DNA of 64,000 nt from an uncultured Actinomycetes bacterium (lineage in GTDB: Bacteria > Actinomycetota > UBA4738 > HRBIN12), in NCBI GenBank assembly GCA_963695975.1, contig CAVOIB010000009.1, positions 26,797 to 90,796 of the forward strand, read 5' to 3'. A program made the translations under genes and the position numbers. Below, in pieces: positions 28,196 to 36,305 of this stretch; position 1 is the first letter of the stretch, and the number at the start of each line of letters is the position of its first letter. The notes under the pieces are model-generated. The model was given only the letters and a program-made list of their open reading frames with translations, did no database searches and had not been told where the DNA came from.

Positions 28196-28837
28196 ATGGC
28201 CGTGCGTGTCGACCTGAACATCTCGCTCGACGGCTTCGCGACGACGACCGACCAGACGCGCGAGAACCCGTTCGGGCACGACTGGGCGCGTCTCGTCGAG
28301 GCCTACATCGCGACCCGTACGTTCCGGGCCCGCGTGCTGCACGAAACGTCGGGTGAGGGAACGACCGGCGTCGACGACGAGTACGCGCAGGCGTACTTCG
28401 CCGAGGTCGGCGCGGAGATCATGGGTGCCGGCATGTTCGGGCTCCACGCCGCTGCGGATGATCCCGATTGGCGCGGCTGGTGGGGCGACGAGCCTCCGTT
28501 CCGGGTCCCGGTGTTCGTGCTCACCCACAGTCCGCGCCCGGTGCTCGAGATGACGGGCGGCACGACCTTCCACTTCCTCTCCGCGACGCCCCGCGAGGCG
28601 CTCGACCTGGCGCTCGAGGCCGCGGGCGGCAAGGACGTTCGGATCGGCGGCGGCCCGACCGTGGTCCGCGAGTTCCTCAACGCCGGACTCGTCGATCGGC
28701 TCCACGTCGCCATCGTCCCGATCCTGCTCGGCCGCGGCATCCGGCTCTGGGACGACCTTCGCGGCTTCGAGGATGGCTACAACGTGACATCGGAGGTCGC
28801 GTCGAGCGGGATCACGCACCTGACCTTCTCGCGCTGA
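28196..28837 (+). CDS. Dihydrofolate-reductase-family / RibD C-terminal domain protein
   Basis: N-terminal MAVRVDLNISLDGF...; SD GAAGGGA; longer TTG-start alternative at 28163. Confidence 0.75.
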   Translation: MAVRVDLNISLDGFATTTDQTRENPFGHDWARLVEAYIATRTFRARVLHETSGEGTTGVDDEYAQAYFAEVGAEIMGAGMFGLHAAADDPDWRGWWGDEPPFRVPVFVLTHSPRPVLEMTGGTTFHFLSATPREALDLALEAAGGKDVRIGGGPTVVREFLNAGLVDRLHVAIVPILLGRGIRLWDDLRGFEDGYNVTSEVASSGITHLTFSR

Positions 28838-28945
28838 ACCCACACGAAGGCCCGGACACGATGAGACCCAGCCTTCGTCATGTTCGCAGTGATCGGTCAG
28901 TTCCGAAGCTGCGCCTTCAGGTCGTTGCGCGCCCGCACGGAGTCA

Positions 28946-28960
28946 GCCCGCTTCGGGCTT
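28946..28960 (+). terminator. Small hairpin AGCCCG-CTTC-GGGCT followed by TCTT downstream of the DHFR-family gene
   Basis: Stem-loop plus short T-rich tail. Confidence 0.3.
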
Positions 28961-28995
28961 CTTGACATCGGCGTCGATCCGGTTCCCGCCAGGCA

Positions 28996-29083
28996 GAGGG
29001 GGCGGCGTTTGCCGTGGCCCTATCTCCCAGTCCCCGTCGGCTTTGTCGGGATAGGAGATAGACCAACGGCAAACGCCGCCCCC
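28996..29083. repeat. Palindromic element family, complete copy B (30-bp arms GAGGGGGCGGCGTTTGCCGTGGCCCTATCTCC // GGAGATAGACCAACGGCAAACGCCGCCCCC; 26-bp centre CAGTCCCCGTCGGCTTTGTCGGGATA)
   Basis: Near-perfect inverted repeat; shares core sequence with copies A, C, D and the copy at 26990–27045. Confidence 0.8.
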
Positions 29084-29110
29084 GCGATCCGATGCTTCCT
29101 TATCTCGTGA

Positions 29111-29311
29111 GTGTCGGCGAAGTACGGGGCGTCGGTGCGTTTGGCTAACATTCGGCAGATGACTACGGGAAGTGGGTCTCTTACTCCAAGCCAGGAGGCC
29201 CTCGCGGCGCGAGCTGACCTGGCGGCCTACCCAAGCAATGAGCTGATGCTGTTTGCCCTAGAGATTGGGCTCGGCATCGAGGACATCCACACGTCGCTTC
29301 GACTGCACTGA
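29111..29311 (+). CDS. Candidate small ORF (66 aa, GTG start) inside a lower-GC insert between repeat copies B and C
   Basis: ORF in a locally lower-GC segment; no RBS and no recognisable family. Confidence 0.2.
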   Translation: MSAKYGASVRLANIRQMTTGSGSLTPSQEALAARADLAAYPSNELMLFALEIGLGIEDIHTSLRLH

Positions 29312-29474
29312 CCGACGGACTGACAGTTCCACGTTGCTAGTCGCAAGCCAGGTCCTCCGACTCACCACGTCGCAGAGATCATCGCGCCGATCTTGGATGG
29401 ATCTGTGACCACAGTCTTTGTCAACAGGAGATGAGTGACGGCCTCGTCTAGGACACCAAAGAGCGGTCCCGTCC

Positions 29475-29506
29475 GGGAGAGGGGGCGGCGTTTCGCCGCC
29501 CTCTCC
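29475..29506. repeat. Palindromic element family, short hairpin variant C (GGGAGAGGGGGCGGCG-TTT-CGCCGCCCTCTCC) about 40 bp downstream of the cyclase gene stop
   Basis: 13-bp stem; shares the GAGGGGGCGGCGTTT core; may also act as that gene's terminator. Confidence 0.6.
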
Positions 29507-29544
29507 AGGTCGGCCCGTCCCCGCTCTCGGCGGGCGACGCAGCA

Positions 29545-30429
29545 TCACTGCGTGGGCTCGGTAGCCGTGTCTACCTCGGTCGACACGTAAGCGAAGAGGG
29601 TTCGAGCGCCGGATAGCCCCTTGAGTTCATGCGGCCCTCGATCCTCGAAAGACAGGCCGGACGACAGCGCTACCGCCCTGGTCGTCTCCGACACCAGGAT
29701 CTCGTCGGGAGCCGCGACCGCCATGATGCGGGCGGTTTCGTGCAGCGCGACCCCTCGCAGACCCGTGCCGACAACGTCCACCTCACCGACGTGGACGCCG
29801 ACCCTCACCCGGAGGCCGGAGTGTCGCGCGGCCTCCCGGATCGAAGCGGCGCACCGCAGAGCCCGTGCCGTTCCGTCGAACATGGCGAGCATGCCGTCGC
29901 CGGTGGTCTCCACCTCGCGGCCGTGGAACAGTACGATCTGCTCACGTGCCGCGCCGAGGTGGCGCGCTAAGACTTCGCGCCACACCATGTCGCCCATGCG
30001 GACAGCCTCCGCGGTCGACCCAACGAGATCGGTCATCAACAGCGTTGCGGTCACCCGATCTTGCATTCCACCGCGGAACCCCATGTACGCCCGATTGCCC
30101 ACCCATTCGATCGCGATGCATGGCGCGTCACCGATCGTGTAGCCGTCGTGACCGGGGCCAACGTCGAAGACGTCGTTGGGCCCGAACTCGATCGTGGAGC
30201 CGTCGCGCAGGCGCATCCCTAGCCGTCCCGAGACCACGTAGCCGACGTGCCGGATCTCGCACCAGTCGCCTCCAACCAGCGGGCGCATGTGGGTGGACCA
30301 CCGGAACCCTGGTTCGTGGAGCACCCGTGCGATCGACATGTCCTCAAGATCCACGATGTCGTTGATGACACCCGGGAACCGGATGGTTTCGTCCGGCTCC
30401 CCGAGGTTCTTTCGGCGCGTCTCGCCCAT
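29545..30429 (-). CDS. Cupin-domain protein fused to a class III adenylate/guanylate cyclase catalytic domain
   Basis: C-terminal cyclase motifs (LLMTDLVGST..., ETTGDGMLAMF, GVHVGEV); N-terminal cupin-like beta-barrel region. Confidence 0.8.
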   Translation of the reverse strand: MGETRRKNLGEPDETIRFPGVINDIVDLEDMSIARVLHEPGFRWSTHMRPLVGGDWCEIRHVGYVVSGRLGMRLRDGSTIEFGPNDVFDVGPGHDGYTIGDAPCIAIEWVGNRAYMGFRGGMQDRVTATLLMTDLVGSTAEAVRMGDMVWREVLARHLGAAREQIVLFHGREVETTGDGMLAMFDGTARALRCAASIREAARHSGLRVRVGVHVGEVDVVGTGLRGVALHETARIMAVAAPDEILVSETTRAVALSSGLSFEDRGPHELKGLSGARTLFAYVSTEVDTATEPTQ

Positions 30430-30540
30430 CAGGATCGGATGATGTCGCCGACCGCGATCCGGGTCAATCGATTTCGGGGCGGCGTTAGGCGGTGCTCCAG
30501 ACAGGTTGACCTGAGGGGGCGTCGTTAGGCAGCGCCGAGC

Positions 30541-30613
30541 GGGAGGGGGCGGCGTTTGCCGTTGGTCTATCTCCTATCCCCCGTCGGCTTTGTCGGGGCA
30601 ACGCCACCTCCGC
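30541..30613. repeat. Palindromic element family, copy D (left arm plus centre plus truncated right arm), 12 bp upstream of tRNA-fMet; further degenerate fragments at 30470–30540
   Basis: GGGAGGGGGCGGCGTTTGCCGTTGGTCTATCTCC is the exact reverse complement of copy B's right arm; centre CCGTCGGCTTTGTCGGGG. Confidence 0.7.
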
Positions 30614-30624
30614 TAGCATCATCG

Positions 30625-30698
30625 TGCGGGGTGGAGCAGTCCGGTAGCTCGCTGGGCTCATAACCCAGAGGTCACAGGTTCAAATCCTGTCCCCGCGA
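30625..30698 (+). tRNA. tRNA-Met (CAT), initiator type (tRNA-fMet)
   Basis: Cloverleaf folds by hand. Anticodon CAT at 30659–30661. Three consecutive G-C pairs close the anticodon stem. Near-identity to E. coli tRNA-fMet. CCA is not encoded. Confidence 0.9.
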
Positions 30699-31272
30699 CG
30701 ATAGGTCAGGAGGGTGTCGGGAGACCGGCACCCCTCTTGCGTTCCTGGGAACGCGAACATTTGCCCGAGGAACGAGGGGCGTTCGACGACGGGCCCCAGA
30801 CGCGCCGGACGCCAGGCTATGACAGCACCGACTGGAGGAATCGATCACCTGGTGGTAAGGAGCCGGGCTGGGGCCAAGCCGACCCTCTGCGCTCGAAGTG
30901 AGCACGAGTCGCTTCGTCGGCGTGCGCGAAACACAGGTGGTCGGAGTTGTAGATGGATAGGACGGTAGTGCAGGCGGGCGCGGAGCATTGCCGTCCAGGT
31001 TCCCGCTTCGCTCGCATGGTCATGGCGCTGCAAACCTAGAGAAGGTCGAGGCGGAATCAAAGACGCCTGTAGGCCATTTCGGGGCGACAAAGGTTGCATC
31101 CTCGTCGCCGAACGTCTTGAGTCGTTTGTGCGGTCACCCCATGCGGCCACCAGTTCGCGCTCGCCGAGTCGCAAAGCACGACGGTTCGCGCGTGCGATGA
31201 CTTCTCGAGTTCGATCTGGGCCCAGAAGGTGTTGGGGTCTTGCGGTCGGTGCGGAGAGGTCGAGATCCGACT

Positions 31273-31548
31273 TCAGCCAAGCTGGTGCCAGATCCGGGTC
31301 TCCCACTCGATCCCTTCCGTTCCGGCCTCCTTGTTGAAGTCGTCTCCGTACTTCTCGCTAGCGGCGTGCATGGCGTCGTGCGACTCCCAATCCGCCATCA
31401 AGGTGACCTCGTTCGGGTTGGACTCGCTCCGGAAGACTCGGCGATTCGTCGCACCCATCTCTGCGAAGAGCGGGGCGAACTTGTTATGCGCTGCCACGAA
31501 CTGATCGACGTCCGGTGCTGTCACTCGCATCTGCACGAGCACTGACAT
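31273..31548 (-). CDS. Antibiotic-biosynthesis-monooxygenase (ABM/Dabb)-fold small protein
   Basis: Perfect SD GAGGAGG 6 nt upstream; 91 aa with an ABM-like ferredoxin-fold pattern. Confidence 0.6.
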   Translation of the reverse strand: MSVLVQMRVTAPDVDQFVAAHNKFAPLFAEMGATNRRVFRSESNPNEVTLMADWESHDAMHAASEKYGDDFNKEAGTEGIEWETRIWHQLG

Positions 31549-31841
31549 GTGAACCTCCTCATATCGGAAAGGTCTGGCCATCATCGTCCCCGGGATGGGA
31601 TGCGGCAAATCCGGGAACAGCCACACCCCGCCGGGTAACGCTCGCATGCAGCTTCTCGTGGAGCAGGGGACGGCTGTCTCACCGCGACGACGCTGCGTGG
31701 CTTGGCAGAGGTGTCGACGACCTGGAAGCGGAGGTCGAGTGGCTGCACATGACCGAGGCGCTGCACTGCGGGAACTCGTCGGGGCCGTTGGGGATCGCGG
31801 TCAAGGCAAGATGTCTCGGACCCGCCAGGTAGGCTACCTCG

Positions 31842-32906
31842 ATGCGGTGGGTCGCCCTTCCAGCGGGCATCGTGCTCCTCTCATGGGCGCTCATCGACGT
31901 GTTTCGGACCCTGGTCACACCGCGGGCGGCGCGCGGGCGAACCCGCCTGAGCCGGATCCTATTCCAGCTGTTGTGGCGCCCTTGGCGATGGATCGGCGTG
32001 CGCCGGAAGACGGCGCAGGCCCGGGAGCGTGTCCTGGCTGTGGCCGCTCCCTTCTTCTTCTTCGTCCTCCTTGTCGGCTGGGCGACCCTGGTCGTGCTCG
32101 GGTTCGGGCTGATCCTGTGGAGCGCCGCGTTCGCGCACGGGGTGGAGCGTGGTGACGGCTCGTTCGGCACCGCCATCTACTTCAGCGGTTCCTCATTGGT
32201 CACCCTGGGCTTCGGCGATGTAGCGGCCACGGGATGGACCCGGGCGGTGGTCGTCATCGCGGGAGCGACCGGCTTGGGGCTGTTCGCCGTGGTGATCGCC
32301 TACCTCCCGGTGCTGTATCAAGCGTTCAATCGTCGCGAGGTCGGCGTGCTGTTGCTCGACGCACGGGCCGGATCTCCGCCCTCGGGTCCCGAGCTGCTCC
32401 ACAGGATGGGAGGCGCCGGCATGGCCTCGTCGTTGCCCGAGCTGTTCGCCGAGTGGGAGCGATGGGTGGCCGACGTCCTCGAGACCCACATGTCCTATCC
32501 CCTCCTTGCCGTGTTCCGTTCGCCCCACGAAGACACCTCGTGGGTCACCGCACTCGGCTCCGTGCTCGACGCGGCCACGCTCATCATCACATCGGTGGAC
32601 GACGAGCCCGAAGAGCGCGCGAAGCTCCTGTACGGGACCGGGGTTCACGCGGTGGAGGACCTCTTCTACTACTTCCGGCTGACGGAGCAGGAGGCAGTGA
32701 TCTCACGCGATGAGTTCGAGGACGTCCTTCAAGACATGAAGGATGAGGGCTTCTCCGTTCGTCCGGTGGACGACGCTTATGCCCGATTCACGGAGAAGCG
32801 GGAGAAGTACGCGCGGCGGCTGGATGCGATCGCCGTCTTGTTGGCAGCGCCGCCCGCTCTGTGGATCGGCGATCGCTCTTTCCTCGGAGCACGGACGCCA
32901 CACTGA
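31842..32906 (+). CDS. Potassium-channel family protein (pore-loop channel with a cytoplasmic C-terminal domain)
   Basis: Selectivity-filter motif TLGFGD; two TM helices flank the pore helix. Confidence 0.75.
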   Translation: MRWVALPAGIVLLSWALIDVFRTLVTPRAARGRTRLSRILFQLLWRPWRWIGVRRKTAQARERVLAVAAPFFFFVLLVGWATLVVLGFGLILWSAAFAHGVERGDGSFGTAIYFSGSSLVTLGFGDVAATGWTRAVVVIAGATGLGLFAVVIAYLPVLYQAFNRREVGVLLLDARAGSPPSGPELLHRMGGAGMASSLPELFAEWERWVADVLETHMSYPLLAVFRSPHEDTSWVTALGSVLDAATLIITSVDDEPEERAKLLYGTGVHAVEDLFYYFRLTEQEAVISRDEFEDVLQDMKDEGFSVRPVDDAYARFTEKREKYARRLDAIAVLLAAPPALWIGDRSFLGARTPH

Positions 32907-33198
32907 GCGCCATCAACCGAGCTCGCCCACCCACCACCCTCGGAGCCGCGGAAGGCGTTTCTCGTAGTAGAGCCAGCTCCTCTTCGTCCATCAGCCCACG
33001 GTCTGGACCCGGCTGCGACACCGACATCAGTATGACGCGCGGTTCCGATTCGGAGTCGCTCAGTCCTCGTCGACCCGAAGGATCAAGATTCACCTCTCTC
33101 CAGGTACATGTAGGGCACTCACGCGCATCTCAGAGTGCTGCTGCCGGCCACGCGTGACAGGCGCCAGATGCGAGGAGTGTCAGCTGGGCAGATACCGC

Positions 33199-34323
33199 TT
33201 ACGCAAGGCCGCGGCCGCAGCGTGCCGGGAGAACGTTGGCGTCGAGGAGCTCTTCGACGGTCACTGAGGAGAAGGTCGACCGGTCCGCGAGGAGGCCTCG
33301 GTATCGAGCGCACGCGTCATCGTAGTCCGTGTTGCCGGTGGGGCGGACGACGACGTAACGGCCCCAGCTCCACCTGCTGCTCGCATGCTGGAGCATCGAC
33401 AGCAGCAGCAGATGCTCGAGCCACATCTCGGCGAGATCGGTCTTCCCCTTGATCGGCGCGATCGCCCCCGCCTTGAAGGCGCGCGATCTCTCGGCAACCT
33501 CGAGATACCGCCGGAGGTTGCGCGGCTTCGGTGTCTCGGGCTTGGCTCGATCGTGGTACCTGATGTCGAGGCCGATGATCCCCTGTGTTCCATCACCGAG
33601 GTCGAGCACGAACGCCGCATCGAACGAGATAAGACTCCCTATGTACGCACGATCGAGTCGTCCCGGGGAGTGCTCGAAGCGGACGTCGGACACCGTGCCG
33701 GGCACGTCCGGCCACCAGGTATGAACCACCCGGTCGGCGAGCCCAAGGTCGGCTGCCAGGTCGCCGAACAGGTTGAAGGCCATCGTCGTCGACCACAGCA
33801 GATCGGCCCACAGCCGCTGGCGGTCGAACGTCTGGTGAGGCTCCTTGGCCGACGTTCGAGCCTTCGCCGCGTCCAGTGCCCCTGCGGTCAGGAAGTTCGC
33901 GCCGGTCTCTCGAGCGTAGTCGAGCGGGAGGCGACTCCCGACAAGCCGCACAGTCCCGCCCGGCTTCGGCGCGATCGGCTGCGAACCGATCGGATGCCCC
34001 TCCGCCTCACGCCACTGTGACTGATGGTAGCGGAGCCTTCGACGAAACTCGGTCATCTGCGGTCGCCGCGGTACCCGGTCGTCCGCCTCCCAGCAGTGCG
34101 CGGCCTCGAGCTCCTGCCTCGACAGATCCTCACCCACGTCGGAATAGTACGGCGCTCTCTTCGAGAGATATTTTCGAGACGCTGGCTCAGCACGGCCCAA
34201 CGTCGCCCGTAGCGGTAGAGGTAACGTTCGGCGTGGGAACGCGCCTGCCGCTTCCGATATCGGACGTTGATCCATCGAGGAACACGACGGTGAACCGGGG
34301 CACGACGTGTCAAAGAAGTACAC
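33199..34323 (-). CDS. Uncharacterised protein (285–374 aa; start uncertain: GTG 34323 or ATG 34056); possible nuclease-like fold, family not recognised
   Basis: Long ORF with protein-like composition in the last ~285 codons; N-terminal ~90 codons are low-complexity R/P/S and may be non-coding. Confidence 0.5.
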   Translation of the reverse strand: MYFFDTSCPGSPSCSSMDQRPISEAAGAFPRRTLPLPLRATLGRAEPASRKYLSKRAPYYSDVGEDLSRQELEAAHCWEADDRVPRRPQMTEFRRRLRYHQSQWREAEGHPIGSQPIAPKPGGTVRLVGSRLPLDYARETGANFLTAGALDAAKARTSAKEPHQTFDRQRLWADLLWSTTMAFNLFGDLAADLGLADRVVHTWWPDVPGTVSDVRFEHSPGRLDRAYIGSLISFDAAFVLDLGDGTQGIIGLDIRYHDRAKPETPKPRNLRRYLEVAERSRAFKAGAIAPIKGKTDLAEMWLEHLLLLSMLQHASSRWSWGRYVVVRPTGNTDYDDACARYRGLLADRSTFSSVTVEELLDANVLPARCGRGLA

Positions 34324-34506
34324 TTGTGAAGGACGCGACCTCCGTTAGCGTGAGGAGAAGTAGGAACTCACGGGATTCGCCTCCGACCCAGTCCCATCGC
34401 TGGTCTCAGCGTGGGCTTGATACCCCGAGCGGGCTTTCGCTCTCGATCTGGCTCAGATTGGCCTCAGCGCCAGGGGCATCGTTATCCACGGATCGAAGGA
34501 GAGCAC

Positions 34507-34812
34507 ATGGAGTACGTACGCATCGCGAAATACACGATCAACAAGGGCACCTTCCAGGAGATCGCCGACAAGGCGAAGATGGACCTGCTCCCCAAGTTCC
34601 AGAAGCAGACCGGGTTCATCCGCTACGGGTTGGCTGACATGGGCGAGCAGAACTGCCTGTCGATCAGCCTTTGGAACACGCGTGAAGATGCTGTCGCCTC
34701 AGAAACTGTGGCGGCAACGTGGACCCGCGAGAACCTCGGCGACAAGGTTGTCCTGAAGTCGAGTCACGTCGGGACCCTCGCCTTCCTCGAAGGCGTGCCG
34801 GCGACCGTCTAG
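34507..34812 (+). CDS. ABM/Dabb-like small protein (101 aa)
   Basis: SD AAGGAGAG; ferredoxin-like fold pattern; stop in CTAG context. Confidence 0.55.
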   Translation: MEYVRIAKYTINKGTFQEIADKAKMDLLPKFQKQTGFIRYGLADMGEQNCLSISLWNTREDAVASETVAATWTRENLGDKVVLKSSHVGTLAFLEGVPATV

Positions 34813-35553
34813 CAACACGTTCCATACGCACCGATCGCGACGCTGACTGAGCAGAGCGATCGTGGAGGGGAACCCACTTGGAGTGGGTTCCCCTCTTGCA
34901 TCACGCGGTAGCTCCGTGCCGACGTCGAGCGGCTCCGTAGCCGCGTGAGCAAGCGGGGACCGTACGGGTCGTCCGAGTATCGGTTCCGGCGTACGGCATA
35001 GTCAGGTGTCGGCCGATCACCGCCCGCGGATGAGTAGCCGTGTCTACCTGATGATGGGGGTTTGTTCGCGAACCGGTTATCGCCACCACCCGGGGACCGA
35101 TATTGCCTACATGGACATCTACTGGGTCGTCGAGTGCCAGGTGTGCGGCCGATCGGTCGGCATCGGAGGCCAGGTTCCGGCAACGTCGGCGATGGGACCA
35201 CATGCCATGTTGGGACCCCACGGCGAGCCCGTCGTAGACGGATCACGGTGCATCGGTTCTGATCGCCCTGGGATCTGGACGATCCGAGAACCGGACCGCT
35301 TCGCGCGCTGAGCGGTTCGGGGCGGTCCGGGGGGGCGCCACCGTCGAACGCGCGCCGCCTCCGCGGGCAAACAGAACCCGACCCAAGTGGCGGTGCTCAT
35401 GGACGTCGCCGACTTGGATGCCGTCATGGCCGCGATGCAGACCCGGCGATGGCCGAGGCGATGGAATATGACGGCGTGCTTCCAGACACGTTGGTGTTCC
35501 TCGTCGAGGCAGAGTTCCCTTAGACTCTTCGGGCACGCAGGGAGGAGGGCGCT

Positions 35554-35874
35554 GTGCCCAAGTACATGTGGAAGGTTTCCTACTCCATCGACGGGATCCG
35601 CGGGCTCGTGAAGCAAGGAGCCGTTGATCGTGCCGCGCAGATCGGCCAGATCACCGGCGCGAACGGCGGAACGGTGGAGGGCTTCTACTTCGCGTTCGGG
35701 GACACGGACGCCTACGTCATCGCCGACCTGCCGGGCGACACGACCGCGGCTGCTATCGCACTCGCCGTCGCCGCGTCCGGCGCAGCCGGGATCGAGACGG
35801 TGAAGCTACTCACGCCGGCCGAAGTCGATGAGGCCCGAAGCATCCAGACGGGGTACGTGCCGCCCGGCGTCTGA
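35554..35874 (+). CDS. GYD domain protein
   Basis: GTG start with SD GGGAGGAGGG; MPKYMWKVSYS...G(Y)D family signature. Confidence 0.7.
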   Translation: MPKYMWKVSYSIDGIRGLVKQGAVDRAAQIGQITGANGGTVEGFYFAFGDTDAYVIADLPGDTTAAAIALAVAASGAAGIETVKLLTPAEVDEARSIQTGYVPPGV

Positions 35875-35979
35875 GCGGACGCGGAAGAGGTGCGCGCCTC
35901 CGTCCGAGGCGTAGCTGTTCGAGGGCGAGCGGATCGACGTATCGTTCGCGCGACCACCTAGACGAGAGAGGATCGCGGG

Positions 35980-36276
35980 ATGGGATGTCTCCTGGCGTTG
36001 ATGGCGGCGTTCGCGCCGCGTCTGGTGTTTCTGATCATCTGGATCGCGCGACCCACGTACGTGAACGCGGTATACGACACGTGGATCCTCCCGCTCCTCG
36101 GGTTGATCTTCCTTCCCTTCACGACGCTGATGTGGACCCTGCTCGGCGCGCCGCCGCTCGGCGTACACGGCTGGGACTGGCTGTGGATCGGCATCGCCGT
36201 CGCACTCGACCTCGGGCACTATGCCAACACGTACGCCCAGCGGGACTCGATGCCGGGACGCGCCTCGGCCGCCTGA
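35980..36276 (+). CDS. Small integral membrane protein (3 TM)
   Basis: Hydrophobic helices; RBS GAGAGGA. Confidence 0.5.
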   Translation: MGCLLALMAAFAPRLVFLIIWIARPTYVNAVYDTWILPLLGLIFLPFTTLMWTLLGAPPLGVHGWDWLWIGIAVALDLGHYANTYAQRDSMPGRASAA

Positions 36277-36305
36277 CCCCCCTCGTGAGCGGTGAGGATC
36301 TGACC

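Noticed and set aside
28880-29110. 76-aa ORF spanning the complete palindromic element
   Set aside because: The frame is created by the repeat itself, it has no RBS, and the composition is not protein-like
30817-31023. 68-codon Cys/His-containing minus-strand frame just downstream of the tRNA
   Set aside because: It has no RBS or recognisable fold. It is most likely a chance frame, or at best a decayed fragment, and is mentioned only as a BLASTX target
31549-31841. Riboswitch (for example c-di-AMP/ydaO) in the 294-bp leader of the K+ channel gene
   Set aside because: Some GC hairpins are present, but I cannot match conserved riboswitch cores by eye. This needs a covariance-model search
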